Of a stretch of DNA of 64,000 nucleotides, positions 24,715 to 37,392 are shown one piece after another (within the stretch, counting starts at the first letter, position 1; each line of letters begins with the position of its first letter). This DNA comes from Felis catus (taxonomy: Eukaryota): positions 107,572,001 to 107,636,000 of the forward strand of contig NC_058373.1 in assembly GCF_018350175.1 (NCBI RefSeq), in the 5' to 3' direction. The notes below the pieces were generated by a model. That model did not search any database. It saw only the letters and a list, made by a program, of their open reading frames with translations, and was not told the origin of the DNA. Position numbers and translations under genes: made by a program.

Positions 24715-26506
24715 AATAATTTTTAGCGGGGGGTGGGGGGGGGAAGAAGTTCCTTTGGCATTTCCTTCCCCATCTGGGACAGGGGTGCAGTGTGGGGGGG
24801 ATGTGGTCTCTTTCGTGGTACCTGCTTCTAGAAATGTTTCCTCCTGCTGCCATCACACAGAGGAAAGACAGTATCATTCGTGGGTGCCGTGAGGAAGTGT
24901 GTGAGCCGTTCTCCTTGCTCTCCAAAGTCCAGGGCCCTCACCCACAATGCCTATGCTGTTAGTGATTATTCACATGCACGTGTGTCTTTCAGTGAGGTTG
25001 AAAACCCTTGTAGGCATGTACTCCAACCTGAGTCATTTTGCATGTCCCCCAGCAGGGCGCGAAGCAAATGCTGGTTGGTTGACTTTGGACGCCAGGTTAG
25101 CACAAAGTAAATAGGGCTTGGATGAACTCAGGGACAGCTAAAGCAGTTCAGTGAATAACTCCCTTTTCTGTGACCATTCCTGCCTCTTGCTCACTCCATT
25201 AAAAGAATGAGTAGGCTGCCTCTGCTCCTCTAAACCAAGTTCAAAGACCGAGACACCAAAGAATCATCTCCTATTTAATATTAAAGTTCGCCTCTGCTGT
25301 AGTAGTGCACTTTGTAAACACTCGGCACTCAATAAATGCTGGCACACAGATGGAAGCAGCGAGGCCAACCAGCTGGTCTGAAAGTACTGACTGCCCAGCT
25401 CCCAGAGCGCTGGCTTCTGGTGGGGAGAGGTTTGCCCAGCTTTTGAGTCTTGGTGTGTGGCAAAGCTCCTGGCTAAGCCCCACAACCCCCACTTAGCACA
25501 TGTCAATCTCCTGTCCTCCGTGAAAGAGCCTGTTTTTCTCCCTGCTGGGCCCCCCCACTTCTCTGGGATTTCCTCAGTGCTGTCTGTCCAAGTCTTACTG
25601 CTGCCGGAGGTGTTGCTCAAGAAACTCTGGACGGAAAAACTAGTGGGTTCTGGGCTAGGCATGGCTACAAATTCTTCACCTTCCCAGCAGCCCCGGGGGG
25701 GTTCTTCTTACCAGGACAAGGGTGAGTCTCCTCCTCAGAGTCTCTGAAATCTGGCCAGCCGAAGCCCCTGTGCTTCTCCCTCTGGCACAGGCCAGCTCTT
25801 ACGGTGTCCCCACCCGTGAGATTTCAAGGAGTCTGAGGAATACGAAGGGAACGGAAGGACGAGGGTATTTTCTCCTGAAGCTCAAGGTTTCCTCCCCTGG
25901 ATATGGGCCTGTGTGCCCAGCCTGAGTCACAGCACTAAGCTCACCCTGTCCAGTTTGCTGGCGCGTCAGTTCATGGCAGCTGTGATCGCAAATAGGATCA
26001 AATCGTGCAGTTTTTAATTCTGCGTAATGCTGCCGTGAAAATGGGCTTAACTGCTTTTCAGTATGGTCATCACGACTCTCTTAACTTCCCTTCCCCATGA
26101 AACCTTGCATGAGTCATGGCTGGAGAATTTCACTCCACCCCACTACCCCAAAAAGCAGAAAGGCTGGCTTCCTGGGGTTTCTCTTCCTGGCAGTAAAGCT
26201 GGTCGGTCGTCCCTGCAGGACTGTTACAACTGATCCAAGGTTATGGTCAGGGGGCCCATGACCTGGTGGGGGGGGGGGTCTCCTTACTAGCTCACTCCCC
26301 ATCCGAGAGGAAAGGCGTCCGCTACAGATTTCCCATTTGGAGGAGATGGGGGATGGGAGAAGACCCCGAGGCCTGCCAGTCACAAAGGGGGCTGCCCTGT
26401 GAAATCCTGCCTGGCTTGGGTCTTCCCTTTCCAAACTCGAGTCTCTTTTCTCTTAGGGTCAGTCGGGCTGATTTAACTCTGAAGGACGTAAACTCCCGCA
26501 GGCCTC

Positions 26507-26906
26507 TGTATTAGCTTGCGAGGAGTGCCGTTAACAAAGTGCCACAGACAAGGCGGTTTAAATAGCAGAAATGCATGGTCTTGCAGTTTGGGGTCTGAAA
26601 GTCCAGAATCAAGGGGTCGGCAGGGCTGCTTCCTTCTGAGGTCCATCCTGAGGAAGGACATGTCCCAGACCTCTCTCCTTGGCTTGTCGGCGGCTGTCTT
26701 CACCCAGTGTCTTCACATCATCTTCCCTCTGTGCGTGTTTCTCTGCCCGAATTTCTCCTCTTTATTAGGACACCAGTCAGATTAGGGCCCATGCTAATGA
26801 CATCATTTTGACTTAATTATCCCTGAAACATCTCTCCAGGTATGGCCACGTCCTAAGCAGCCTTCAATGTATGAATTTTTGAGGGGACACAGTTCAGCCC
26901 ATAACA
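26507..26906 (-). mobile_element. MLT1B-like MaLR solo LTR
   Basis: tgtattagc..ggggacacagttcagcccataaca. Perfect 5-bp TSD gcctc at 26502-26506 and 26907-26911. Confidence 0.88.
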
Positions 26907-27283
26907 GCCTCCTAAAGCAAAGTTTATTTTAAGGATACTCATGGCCCTGAGTTGGGCCAATGGGAGTGGTCACTGCGATGAGTTTTTCCTTTCTCCATCT
27001 CTCTCTGGCCTTTCTATTCTCTCCGGGTGAAGTCAGGTTTTTCTTTACACACACTCCTAATACTGCTTTGTCTCTCTTATAGAATTTACTGGTGTTGTAA
27101 TTGTATGGTATGAAGTTATCTAGTCCCTGTCTACCTCCACACTGGACTGGAGGCATCAGGTGAATGATAGTCTTGTTCTTTGCAGCCTCCCCAGCTCTTG
27201 ACCCAGGCCTGGCAAATAAACGTACTCAGTTCCAGTCGTTAAATGTCTCCCCCTCTTGGTGTTTCTGCTCCCCTCTCTCACTC

Positions 27284-27354
27284 CTTTTTTTTAAAATGTA
27301 TATTTATTTTTGAGAGAGAGAGAGAGAGAGACAGAGCGTGAGTGGGGAAGGGGC

Positions 27355-27386
<32 letters not shown>

Positions 27387-27525
27387 GAAGACACAGAATC
27401 CAAAGCAGGTTCCAGGCTCTGAGCTGTCAGCACAGAGCCCAACGCAGGGCTCGAACCCACAGACCGTGAGATCATGACCTGAGCCGAAGTCGGATGCTTA
27501 ACCGACTGAGCCACCCAGGCGCCCC
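27284..27525 (-). mobile_element. Can-SINE (SINEC_Fc2-like)
   Basis: T tail, long GA tract, ends gagccgaagtcggatgcttaaccgactgagccacccaggcgcccc. Confidence 0.96.
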
Positions 27526-27729
27526 AAGCAAATTTATTTTCAAAAGAAATGTGGTGTCACAGGTTTGATATTCTACTTACAGGTTTCAGTGAATAGATGA
27601 TAAACACATAACTATTAAAAGTTTGTGTACCCATTAAAGTTCTCTCCTGAACCACAGGTGGCCTACTTGTCTTGCTCACGTCCCAGAGGGGGGTAGTCTA
27701 CCCAGCTTAGCTAATTGTCTGTCAGGTCA

Positions 27730-28130
27730 TATCAAATAGGGTCCTCTTGGCTGTAAGTAACAGAAACCCCAGTGAAGCTGACTTAAACAATAGCGTTTAC
27801 TACCTCAGGCAACTGGAATTCTGGAATTATAAGCGTGAAGACTGGCTGTTTCAGAGGCTCAGTTATCTCCTCAGAGACAGAAGTTCTTGCCACCTTTGTG
27901 TTAGTAGCTTCCGTGGTGGTTGAACTTGTGGCTATAGCAAGATGGTGGCAGTCGCTGTAGCATCCCATTGACGCACGGTGTACAGAGAACTAGGGAGATT
28001 GTCTTTGTCATTTTCTTTCTCCTAGAAGTTTCCCAGCAGACTTTCCTATAAATTTCATTGGCTAGAACTGAGTCACATGTGCATTCCTGGGAAAGGGAAA
28101 TGGAATGACCAGGAAGTTCCTCTGGGCTAG
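27730..28130 (-). mobile_element. Old MaLR LTR (MLT1J/K/L-like)
   Basis: tcttggctgtaagtaacagaaacccc..gacttaaacaa..caagatggtggc..cccagcagactttcc..tcattggctagaactgagtcacatg. Confidence 0.65.
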
Positions 28131-28140
28131 AAAGGATTTT

Positions 28141-28363
28141 TTTTTTAATTTTTTTTTCAATGTTTTTTATTTATTTTTGGGACAGAGAGAGACAGAGCAT
28201 GAACGGGGGAGGGGTAGAGAGAGAGGGAGACACAGAATCGGAAACAGGCTCCAGGCTCCGAGCCATCAGCCCAGAGCCTGACGCGGGGCTCGAACTCACG
28301 GACTGCGAGATCGTGACCTGGCTGAAGTCGGACGCTTAACCGACTGCGCCATCCAGGCGCCCC
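28141..28363 (-). mobile_element. Young Can-SINE (SINEC_Fc-type)
   Basis: Near-consensus copy with a perfect 18-bp TSD tgggctagaaaggatttt at 28123-28140 and 28364-28381. Confidence 0.97.
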
Positions 28364-29234
28364 TGGGCTAGAAAGGATTTTGAGGTGATGGCCACAGTGT
28401 TCATCACACATGCCAATGACTAGCCTATGGACAGGTTGTCATCGAGGCAGGTGCCCACTGCTGGTCCTTTCAGTGACTACCCCTCGTCCCAACCCAGCCT
28501 AGGTCAAGGGCGAACAGCTTCAACCAGAGGAGGGGCTAGGATAGTACGTAGATGCCACAATTGACACATCTGTGCTCTCCCTTCAGGTGACAGTCTCTGT
28601 GCCTTCAAGCTCTGCCTGGCCTCAGGCTGAGCCATCAGCTTCCAGAATGATGCTGCCTCCTCCCTAACTCCCCCATACTCTGGCTCAGAGCAGACCTGAG
28701 CAAACAGAGCCAGCACCCACCCCACCTTGGCCCCTGAATCTGGGAAGAGAGACTCTGCCCTGAGTCTGCTTTTGATGGGGCTGGGCCAGACCCGCAGGGC
28801 TCATTTTCTCTGTCTCCTGCTAAATTCCCTGGCGGCTCCTCAGCTGTCAGGTTGCCAAGCCCCGAGCGTCTCCTGGCTCCATCTGCAGCAGGAAATGGGC
28901 CTGACAATTGTTCTTCCAGAGCCGGTGATTTTTCAGTATGTATTTGTGCGGATCCCACCCACACTTCATCTCTAAAACCCAGCTTGTATTCAGCTCTGAT
29001 TTACTAAGCACGTACTACAAGCCCAGCTTTGTACTCAGCTCTACAGGGGGCGGGTGCAGAGGAAGCGGGCTGACACGCTCTCTGCTTTGGGGCTTATACT
29101 CCAGCCATAGCGACAGCCACACACTTGGAAAGTGAGATCACCAGCGAGTGATCGGTTTGGCTACAGGTCATATACACGGTCCAGATGAAAAATGCCCTGT
29201 GGGTTCCAAGGAGGGCAAGATAAACAGGGGCAGG

Positions 29235-29500
29235 TTGTGTGCCCATGATTCTGCCTGCCCCCTACTCATGCCCAGAGCCTCTCTTTTCCGCACTGGGTGC
29301 CCTGGGACAGACTGCTGGAGACCACGTTGACTGGCCCCTTGCCCCCAGCTTCCTGGTGGGCTTACCCGGAGAGCCACAGGCAGGGGATGGGAGGGCAAAA
29401 GGAAAAGTGAGGCCTGGGATGTATTCCCCTTGCTTCCTCCCTGTCTTGTTACGATTCTGGTTTGGCTGATTCCTCTAAAGCCACAGCTCCTGTAGAGCAC
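29235..29500 (+). mobile_element. LTR33-related ERVL LTR fragment
   Basis: ggccccttgcccccagcttcctggtgggc..gtgaggcctgggatgtattccccttgcttcctccctg..gccacagctcctgt. Confidence 0.55.
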
Positions 29501-30004
29501 AGGATGATATGGCTTGCTGCTAATGCTTGGTCCCTGGGTCCCTTTCTGGTTTCCCTTTGCCTCTCCATACCTCTGAAAACTGTCCCTTTATTCTTCAGAG
29601 TTCCCTTGAGTGTGCTGGGATATGGACTAGTGAACCATCTTAAGAAATATCCTCAAAGGAGCACAGCCTATAGCTGGGCTTCTGGGGAGGGGCTGAAGTT
29701 GGGTAAGCAGAGAAGAGAAAAAAAGGGGCTTTCTGGGGGAGAACCGATGGAACAGAGGCACCAGGGAGACATTGTCTAGATAGCGAGTAAAGGCTGGAAA
29801 ACAAGGTGGAGGCTTCTCATGGAAGACCTTGACCAGCAGGCTGAGAGACTTGGCCTTCATATGTTGGGTGACATGTAGCTACTGGAAGATTTTGACCTAA
29901 TGGAACAAAAATTTTGACTGCATTATGAATGTTTGTTTTGATTTTGTTTCTACTTTTTCCTTGGTTTTGATTTTGCTAACAGCTTGTGTTTATTAAGCAC
30001 TTAC

Positions 30005-30401
30005 TGGCGGGTTGAATTGTGTCCACTCCAGAATTCATATGTGGAAGTCCTAACCCCTGGTACCTCACAGTGTGACCTTATTTGGAGACAGGATCTTTAG
30101 AAAGGTAATCGAGTTACAACAAAGTCATTCAGACAGGCATGGCTGGCGTCCTTATAGGAAGGAGAGGTTTGGACACTGACGTGCGTGGAAGGCGGATGGT
30201 GTGAAGGGACGTAGGAGCAGCCGGCCGTCTACACATCAAGGAGAGAGGCTTGGACAGATTTCCCTCAGAGTCCTCGGAAGGGAGCACCCCTGCCGATGCC
30301 TTCCCCTTGGACTCCCGGCCTTTAGAACTGTGAAATAGTTTCCGCTGCTTGAGCCGCGCGGTCTGTAGCTCTTGCTGTAGCAGCTCCGGCAAACAAATCC
30401 A
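30005..30401 (+). mobile_element. MLT1B-like MaLR solo LTR
   Basis: gggttgaattgtgtccactccagaattcatatgtggaagtcctaaccc..gtgaccttatttggagacagg..agaactgtga..cagctccggcaaacaaatcca. Confidence 0.85.
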
Positions 30402-33400
30402 GTCACAGCGTGACAGGCACGTGGGCACAAACAGTGAGGTGCTGGGCCTGTTCTCTCAGCTGCCCCACCTCGCAGGCCATTCCTCTGGCCCTTCTCTGTC
30501 TCCGCAAACTTGCATTCTGGCCTTAACACTCAGAGCTCAGACGCCCTTCCGTGGTTACCAACATACTCATTTATTGAGTGCTTATTACGTGCCAGGTGTT
30601 CTTCTAGGGTCTGGAGAGACCAAAGAGATGAAATTCCTTACCGTCCTAGGGCGCGTTGGATGTCTCTGCGTTTGTTTCTTGCCTGTCTCTAGCAGACGAG
30701 CAGCTCCCTGAAAGCGTGACCGGGTCTGTGGTGTGCATGACACTCGAACGTCTGTGGAATGAATGAGAATGAACTATGGCGAAAACACTGACGTTCTTGC
30801 CCGAGGTCAGTCAGCGAAGGCCAGGCCCCAGATGTTGCAAATTAGACAAGCTAAGCCTTTGGATGGCTCTTGTCAACTCAATATCTCTTGTCAAACCATA
30901 GAGGCAAGGGACTTAGAGCATGAAAAGGGATGAGCCACTTTACAGTCCTCGCTGATGCCCGTAGCTCCCAGTTGTTTGGTGCAGTTGCTGTGACTCAGGG
31001 ACACATAGACTTTCTGTGGAATGTCCATTTTGGTTTCAAGCACATCCAAATACCCAATCAGCTTGAAAGAACTCTGACCTCTCTCTAGGCCAGCCGCGCC
31101 CCAAGGACCTCTGGCAACTGCATGAGGATCAGGGCCCAGTGGTATCTGGTGTGGTAAGCTGCTGGTTTGATTTAAAGCCCCCAAATACAGATTTTCGGCT
31201 GCATTCTTTATTAGAGGCAGGAAGGAAAAGGAAAGAAGTTATTACCTTGCCGGAGGCCCAAGAAGTGGAACAAAGAAGGCAGATTCTAAATGCTGAGAGA
31301 ATCCTTCACCCCATGTCTTGGGAATTCTCACAGACCTCCCCCGCCACCCCATTTTCTTCTAAGGTCCCCCTGCCAGGCCACCTTCCTTAGTTTCATGTCT
31401 CGTCCATGGCCCAGGAGCCTGGTGTCTTCTTCTGGGTCACAAGATCGCATGAACATCTTGATGATATACGTACACTTTAGTTACCCCAAACCCCACCAGA
31501 CACAGAAGTTGTCAGTCTGCAACAATGGGGTGCAGTGTAGTGCATGACACCAACCCCGGGGCCATCTTCTGACAGCTGGGGACACTGGCCTGGAATCATG
31601 GCCAATCCCCAACAGCAGACCCTGAAATTAGGGCAGCCGGGCTTGTTGCCCAGGACTGAAACCCGCTCAGGGAGCTCCGAGCTGCTCCAACTCTCCTGTT
31701 CAATCATGGGCCCAACAAGACTGCACTTAGACAACAGTCATTTGTTCCTTCTAGTAAAGCTTGTGAGTGATTTGTTCACTAATTTATTTTTTGTGACTAG
31801 AGTGGTTTCTAGATTATACCCATAACCATGCTCTTCCACTCACTTTTATCCTGATTTGCTGTCGTGGGTGGGAGAGGAAGGGTAGAAGATGGCCAACGTG
31901 CTGGGAATTGGGCACAAGCGTGGGTTGGGCCATGGGAGCGTGTTGCCCGTATGAATGTCATCATCTTGTGTGTTGTGGCAGAGAAAGTCAGGAATCAGAC
32001 TTGTTCAGGTTGTTAAGAGATGGGCTTCTGGAAGACCCATTAACAGAAAGCTTTGGAAACCAGCTTGGAAAATTTGACACGTTGTCACTTTCATCTGCTA
32101 AGCAGCTTACAAACATTCTCCCATTCCTTCCCATGACTCCCTCCAACTTCTTTGCTTAGCCTGACCATCTGAGTTTTCCAAGTGAGATCACAGACCCAGA
32201 GTGAGAGTGGGCTGGCTCCAGACTCTGGGAGGGTGTCAAGGACAGATGTGAGGTTTGGGGACAGGAGCCATCAGTCCTCCAGAGAGTCACCCATGTCACT
32301 CTATCGCTTGTGATATTCCAAACCTGACCATCACAAGACAACAAATCGTCTGTGGAAGCAATCACAAGTCATTGCACTGAGACATCTCCTCGCTCTCCCC
32401 GCTGGTGCAGATACAAGCTTCCTGGGCTGACTCCTGGTGCCTCTGGGAATGCAGATGAGATCAGGCCACTTCGCAAGACGGAAATAGGCCCCAGCGACCA
32501 GAGCTGCTTCTCTGACATTTTAGAATGTGCACCTCGATAGACAAAGCCCAACCCAACAGGTCATTCTCTTTTCCAGGGGACCTCAGGAACTGCCTTCTGA
32601 TTCACCTCTCCCTCTGACTTTGCAATGGCCCAGAGGAAAGTCTTAGGTCTGCCCATCCTCCCACTGTGAGCAGGAACTCTTTGCCTGGGCTCTGGGCTGG
32701 TGAGGCAGCTGTGGAGTTAACGGTTTCTCTTTTTCGTGTGTGCCTCTGCGCCTGCCCTGTGAGAGGCGTGATGGATGCCCTGGGCTCCCCAGGGGGCAAA
32801 GCTGAGGGATGACCTGAGGTGGGAAAGGAAAGCAGGTTTGTAAATAAACAAGGGCAGAGTCGGAGACCCAGGGCCTGGCTCCTGCCGAGGCTTTCCGGGC
32901 TTCTGACGAGGGGAGCTCCTGAGGCTCCCTCTGGGGCGGCCGGGGAGTCAGTTATTGTTTTTGGATTTCACTAAGATGAACTCCAGATGATTTTCCAAGG
33001 GCTGATTTCACAGCACATTTGCTCCATCTGAGCAATCACTCTCTGCAACAGTTGGATTTCCATTCGCGTTTACCTCGTGTGCCCGGAATCAGGACTGTCT
33101 GCCTCCTTGGGGTCGAATCATTTTATTTTCTTTGGGACTTGGCCAAACCCTTTCCATCGGCCTGAGTTCCATCTAGGCATTTCCATTTGCGTGCGGGCAA
33201 GACCAGACCAAGTTCACAGAGATTTCCGGAGCACAAGGACAATGCCCACTCATTGCAGAATTTATAAAAAGTGGGGAGAGACTCACCAGATCTTTTAATT
33301 TCACAAAAATAACTACTTAGCTACAATGGAAGATGTCAAAAGCCAGAATGATATGCAACTTGGGAAATACCATGTTCTCTGCCAGGGTACTATCTGAGCG

Positions 33401-34234
33401 GCCAGGCAGGGCCTCTGAAGGATGTATGACAGGCCCTGGATGGGCAGCACTTTGTGCAGCAAAGAGCACCTGGAGATGTGCAAGAGGGTTGGGGGCAAAG
33501 TGAACCCGACTGAGCTGTTTTGGGGACTGAATGCCTGGAAGGGAGATACAGTTGACCTTGCATTGAGGAACTTCGCGTCCTTGTGTGTTGAGTTGCATCA
33601 GAGGCTCGTTGTGTTTATTTAATTTTGTATCTTCAAATTTTTCTGATATTTATACTTTTGCGGTACAAATAAAGCCAGCCCTGGAAGTCCACCTGCAGGT
33701 CATTGTTTTCCCTTAAGGACAGACACCTGTGCCTAGCCATGACGCAAGGGTCACTTGATGCCTAAACGGTCAAGGTAAATTGTTAAGATAACAGCCTTAT
33801 GTCCTCTGTGAAATGTACTGCCCATAACATGCCTAGCGTTAACTCTACCCTCATGCATTTCCTTACTGGGGACACGTGTCCTCCACCGGGGCTGCCCCTA
33901 CTCCCCGAGCTGAGTCCTAAGATTCCCCCTGCTCATCCCCACAGTTACTACCCCTTTATCTGTCCTCTGACCTCATTTATGTGCCCATGCTAATGTGGCT
34001 AAGGTCCGTCTCTTCTGGTGCCTCGGTGCCCTTCCCAGCCTGTGGCATAGAGATGGAGCCATGGAGGGTGCCTGTCATTTACTTGCTGATTGAACACACT
34101 CTTTGATGATGGCTCATGGCCTTCCCTACCCCACTGCTTCCTCCAGCTCCTCCATATCTGGCTTTGCTACCATCCTTTTCACCTCCTCAAAGATATCCAA
34201 AAACTGTGCTTGATAATCCAGCCATGGACATCAC

Positions 34235-34386
34235 CTAACAGAAGGATGAGTCCAGGCTCTGGAGTCAGAGCTGGATGCTGGCTTGTCTCTGGCTCTTGTT
34301 ACTGTGTATCCTTCATTTCTCAACTTCTCTGACCCTTAGTGTCCTTATCTGTAAAAACATAGACAGTTAATCTTACCTTGTAGATG
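34235..34386 (+). mobile_element. MIR
   Basis: caggctctggagtcagagctgg..acttctctgacccttagtgtccttatctgtaaaa. Confidence 0.65.
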
Positions 34387-36159
34387 ATAGAATCTTGTAT
34401 TGTTAAATAGCTCCCAAATTTTAGGGAAGCCTGAAAGAAAGGAGTTCCCCTTCCCTGGGGTTTATTTATAGTTAACAATGGTTAGGGAGCCCTCTCTGAA
34501 GCTTATTTCTCAGAAGCCTGGGATTTCATTGAATCCAAGAGAAACATGCATTCAAACTGAATTCTAGAAGAAAAGGAAAGAAAGGAAGTAGAACTTTGCC
34601 AGACGCTAGGGGATTGAACCTCTTATGTAGCTTCCTTTGCTGTACTATGTGTGTCCCTGGACTATGGGGATCAATTTTAATCATTCAAGGATTAAGATGG
34701 CTGATTGTTCCCTGACATTGTCCTTTGTCGTGTTGGGAGGTGGCCTCAGACTCTCCACCTGTTGTTTTGTCTTTTTCTCTCTACTCAGGCCTTTTAGTAA
34801 ACATGGCTTGGTCTTTATTTAAACTCCACTCCTCTGTTTTCCTATACCTCTCTTCTGAGTGCTCAAGATCCTAACTAAAAAACCCCAGGGAGAAAATCCT
34901 CTTGGGCGTTTGAGGAAGAAGTTGGCAAACTTTCTGTTTTCACTGTCCCGGGAGGGGTGTCTACTGCTTTTCACTCCACTACCGCAAGATCCTTGGTTGG
35001 GAAAAAGCACTTGAAGGTCTGGAAAGAGATCATTCCTCAGAAGATCTGAAGGGAAATTTGTGATTAGAATGTCTATTTTCTACCAATGTAAGCACCACTA
35101 TGCTTAGGCTTCATTTCCTAACAAAATGGGTCTATGCTCAAAATGTCTACCTTGTTGTCTCTCAGGAAAAAAATGGTTCTTGAGTTATGGCTCAAGGCTA
35201 ATAGAATGGGTGAGAGAAGGTTATGAAATCCAAAATGCCAGTTTCTTCCATGCAAGTGATGCCTGATTCTACAAACTTTCATCACTATGGACTACCAAAT
35301 CTTATTTATTTGAAACCTACTAAGAATTATTAAGCATTACTAAACTTTTGAAGACAGCATTGTTTCATACTGTAAAATATAATATGAATCATATACAATG
35401 TAAAAATATTTAAATTTTTATAAAATATATACACATGAGAAATAGGTATTATATATAATAGAACTTTAGTATAAAATCATGTTGGTATGTTTATAATGTT
35501 TTTATAAAGTGAATAAAAAATTCTTGTTCCTCTAAGGTTTTGTTTTGTTTTGTTTTTTTACTACTGAGTTTTGTTTGTTTTCTTTTGGAAAGAGGGAACA
35601 GGCAGAAGATCATAGGCTCTGGGGTCTCATGCCAAGCCTAAGTTGGCCACAGTCAAAAAAGTTTAAGGGCACCAACCAGAAAAAGGACATTGCAAACAAA
35701 ATTTCCCAGTTTCTTCTCTTTTTCCTCAAACTGGTTTGAGGATTAATGGCTGGGCAGTGAAATATTTTCAGATCTCCACAAAGGCAATAGTAGAAAAGTT
35801 CTAAGTGTGATAGTATATGTTATCATCTAAGAAATATTTGCCTTGCCCACCCAAAGGTGCAATGGGCATATGGGTTGATTGTATTTTTTTTTGATTGAAG
35901 TATAGTGTCAGGTGTACAACATGGTAGTTCTACAAGTCTATACACTATACTGTCCTCACCACAAGTGTGATGATACAACACTGTTACAGTACCAGTGACT
36001 ATATTCCCTATGTTGTACCTTTTATCCCCGTGACTTATTCATTCCATAACTGCAAGTCTGTATCTCCCACTCCTCTTCACTCATGTTGTCCATCCCCCAA
36101 TCTCCTCCCCTCTGGCAACCATCAATTTGTTCTCTGTATCTGTGGGTCTGATCCTGCTC

Positions 36160-36365
36160 TTTTTTTTTTTCATGTTTATTCTTGAGAGAGAGACAGAGCA
36201 TGAGGGAGGGAGGGGCATAGGGAGGGGGAGACACAGAATCCGCAGCAGGCTCCAGGCTCTGAACTGTAAGGGCAGAGCCTGATGCAGGGCTCGAACTCAT
36301 GAACTACGAGATCATGACCTGAGCCGAAGTTGGATGCTTAACCAACTGAGCCACCCAGGCACCCC
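36160..36365 (-). mobile_element. Can-SINE nested in L1
   Basis: Poly-T..gcaggctccaggctctga..gagccacccaggcacccc. Confidence 0.95.
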
Positions 36366-37190
36366 TGAGTCTGCTTTTTGTTTGTTTATTCATTTGTTTT
36401 GCTTTTTAGATTCCACGTACAATCATACTGTATTTGTAAGAGTTTTCTTGTCTAACTCATTTCACATGGAATAATATCCTCTAGGTCCAACCATGTTGTC
36501 GTAAATGGCAAAATCTCATTCCTTTTTATGGTTGACTAATATTCCATTTTTTGTACATATATGGGATATGTACACACACACACACCTCACATCTTTATCC
36601 ACTCATCCATCAATGATGATGAGTTTCATTTTGGGGGGTACATACCCGGTAGTGGAATTATTGGATCATGGTACTTCTATTTTTAATATTTTGAGGAAAC
36701 TCCATATTCTTTTCCACAGTGGCTGCACCAGTTTACATTCCCCCCAACAGTGCATGAGGGTTCCTTTTTCTCTACTCCTGACCAATAGTTGTTGTTTCCT
36801 GTCTTTTTGATTCTAGCCTTTCTGACAGTTGTAAGGTCATATCTTACTGTGGTGTGATTTGCATTTCCCTCGTGATGAGTGATACTGAGCATCTGTTCAC
36901 GGGTCTGTTGGCCATCTGTGCGTTGTCTTCAGAATAATGTCTATGTCCTCTGCCCATTTTTTAATTGGATTGTTTTATGTTTTTTGGGCTTTTTTGGTGT
37001 TAAGTTCTTTATGTATTTTGGATTTAACCCTTTATCAGATACATCATTTACAAATATCTTCTTTCAGTGGGTTGCCTTTGTATTTTGTCGATGGTTTCCT
37101 TTACTTTGCAAAGGCCTTTTTAGTGTAGTCCCAATAGTTTATTTTTGCTTTTGTTTCCCTTGCCTGAGGAGACATCTAGAAAAAATGTCA

Positions 37191-37392
37191 CAGGCTGCCT
37201 GGATGGCTCAGTGGATTAAGTGTCTGACTTCGGCTTACATCATGATCTCATGGTTTGTGAATTCGAGTCCTGCATTGGGCTCTGCGCTGACAGCACAGAT
37301 CCCAGGTGGGATTCTCCCTCACCATCTCCCTCTGCCCATCTCCTGTTCATGTGTGCACTCTCTCTCAAAAATAAATACACATTGAAAAAAAA
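37191..37392 (+). mobile_element. Can-SINE nested in L1
   Basis: ggctgcctggatggctcagtggattaagtgtctgacttcggc..caaaaataaatacacattgaaaaaaaa. Confidence 0.92.
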
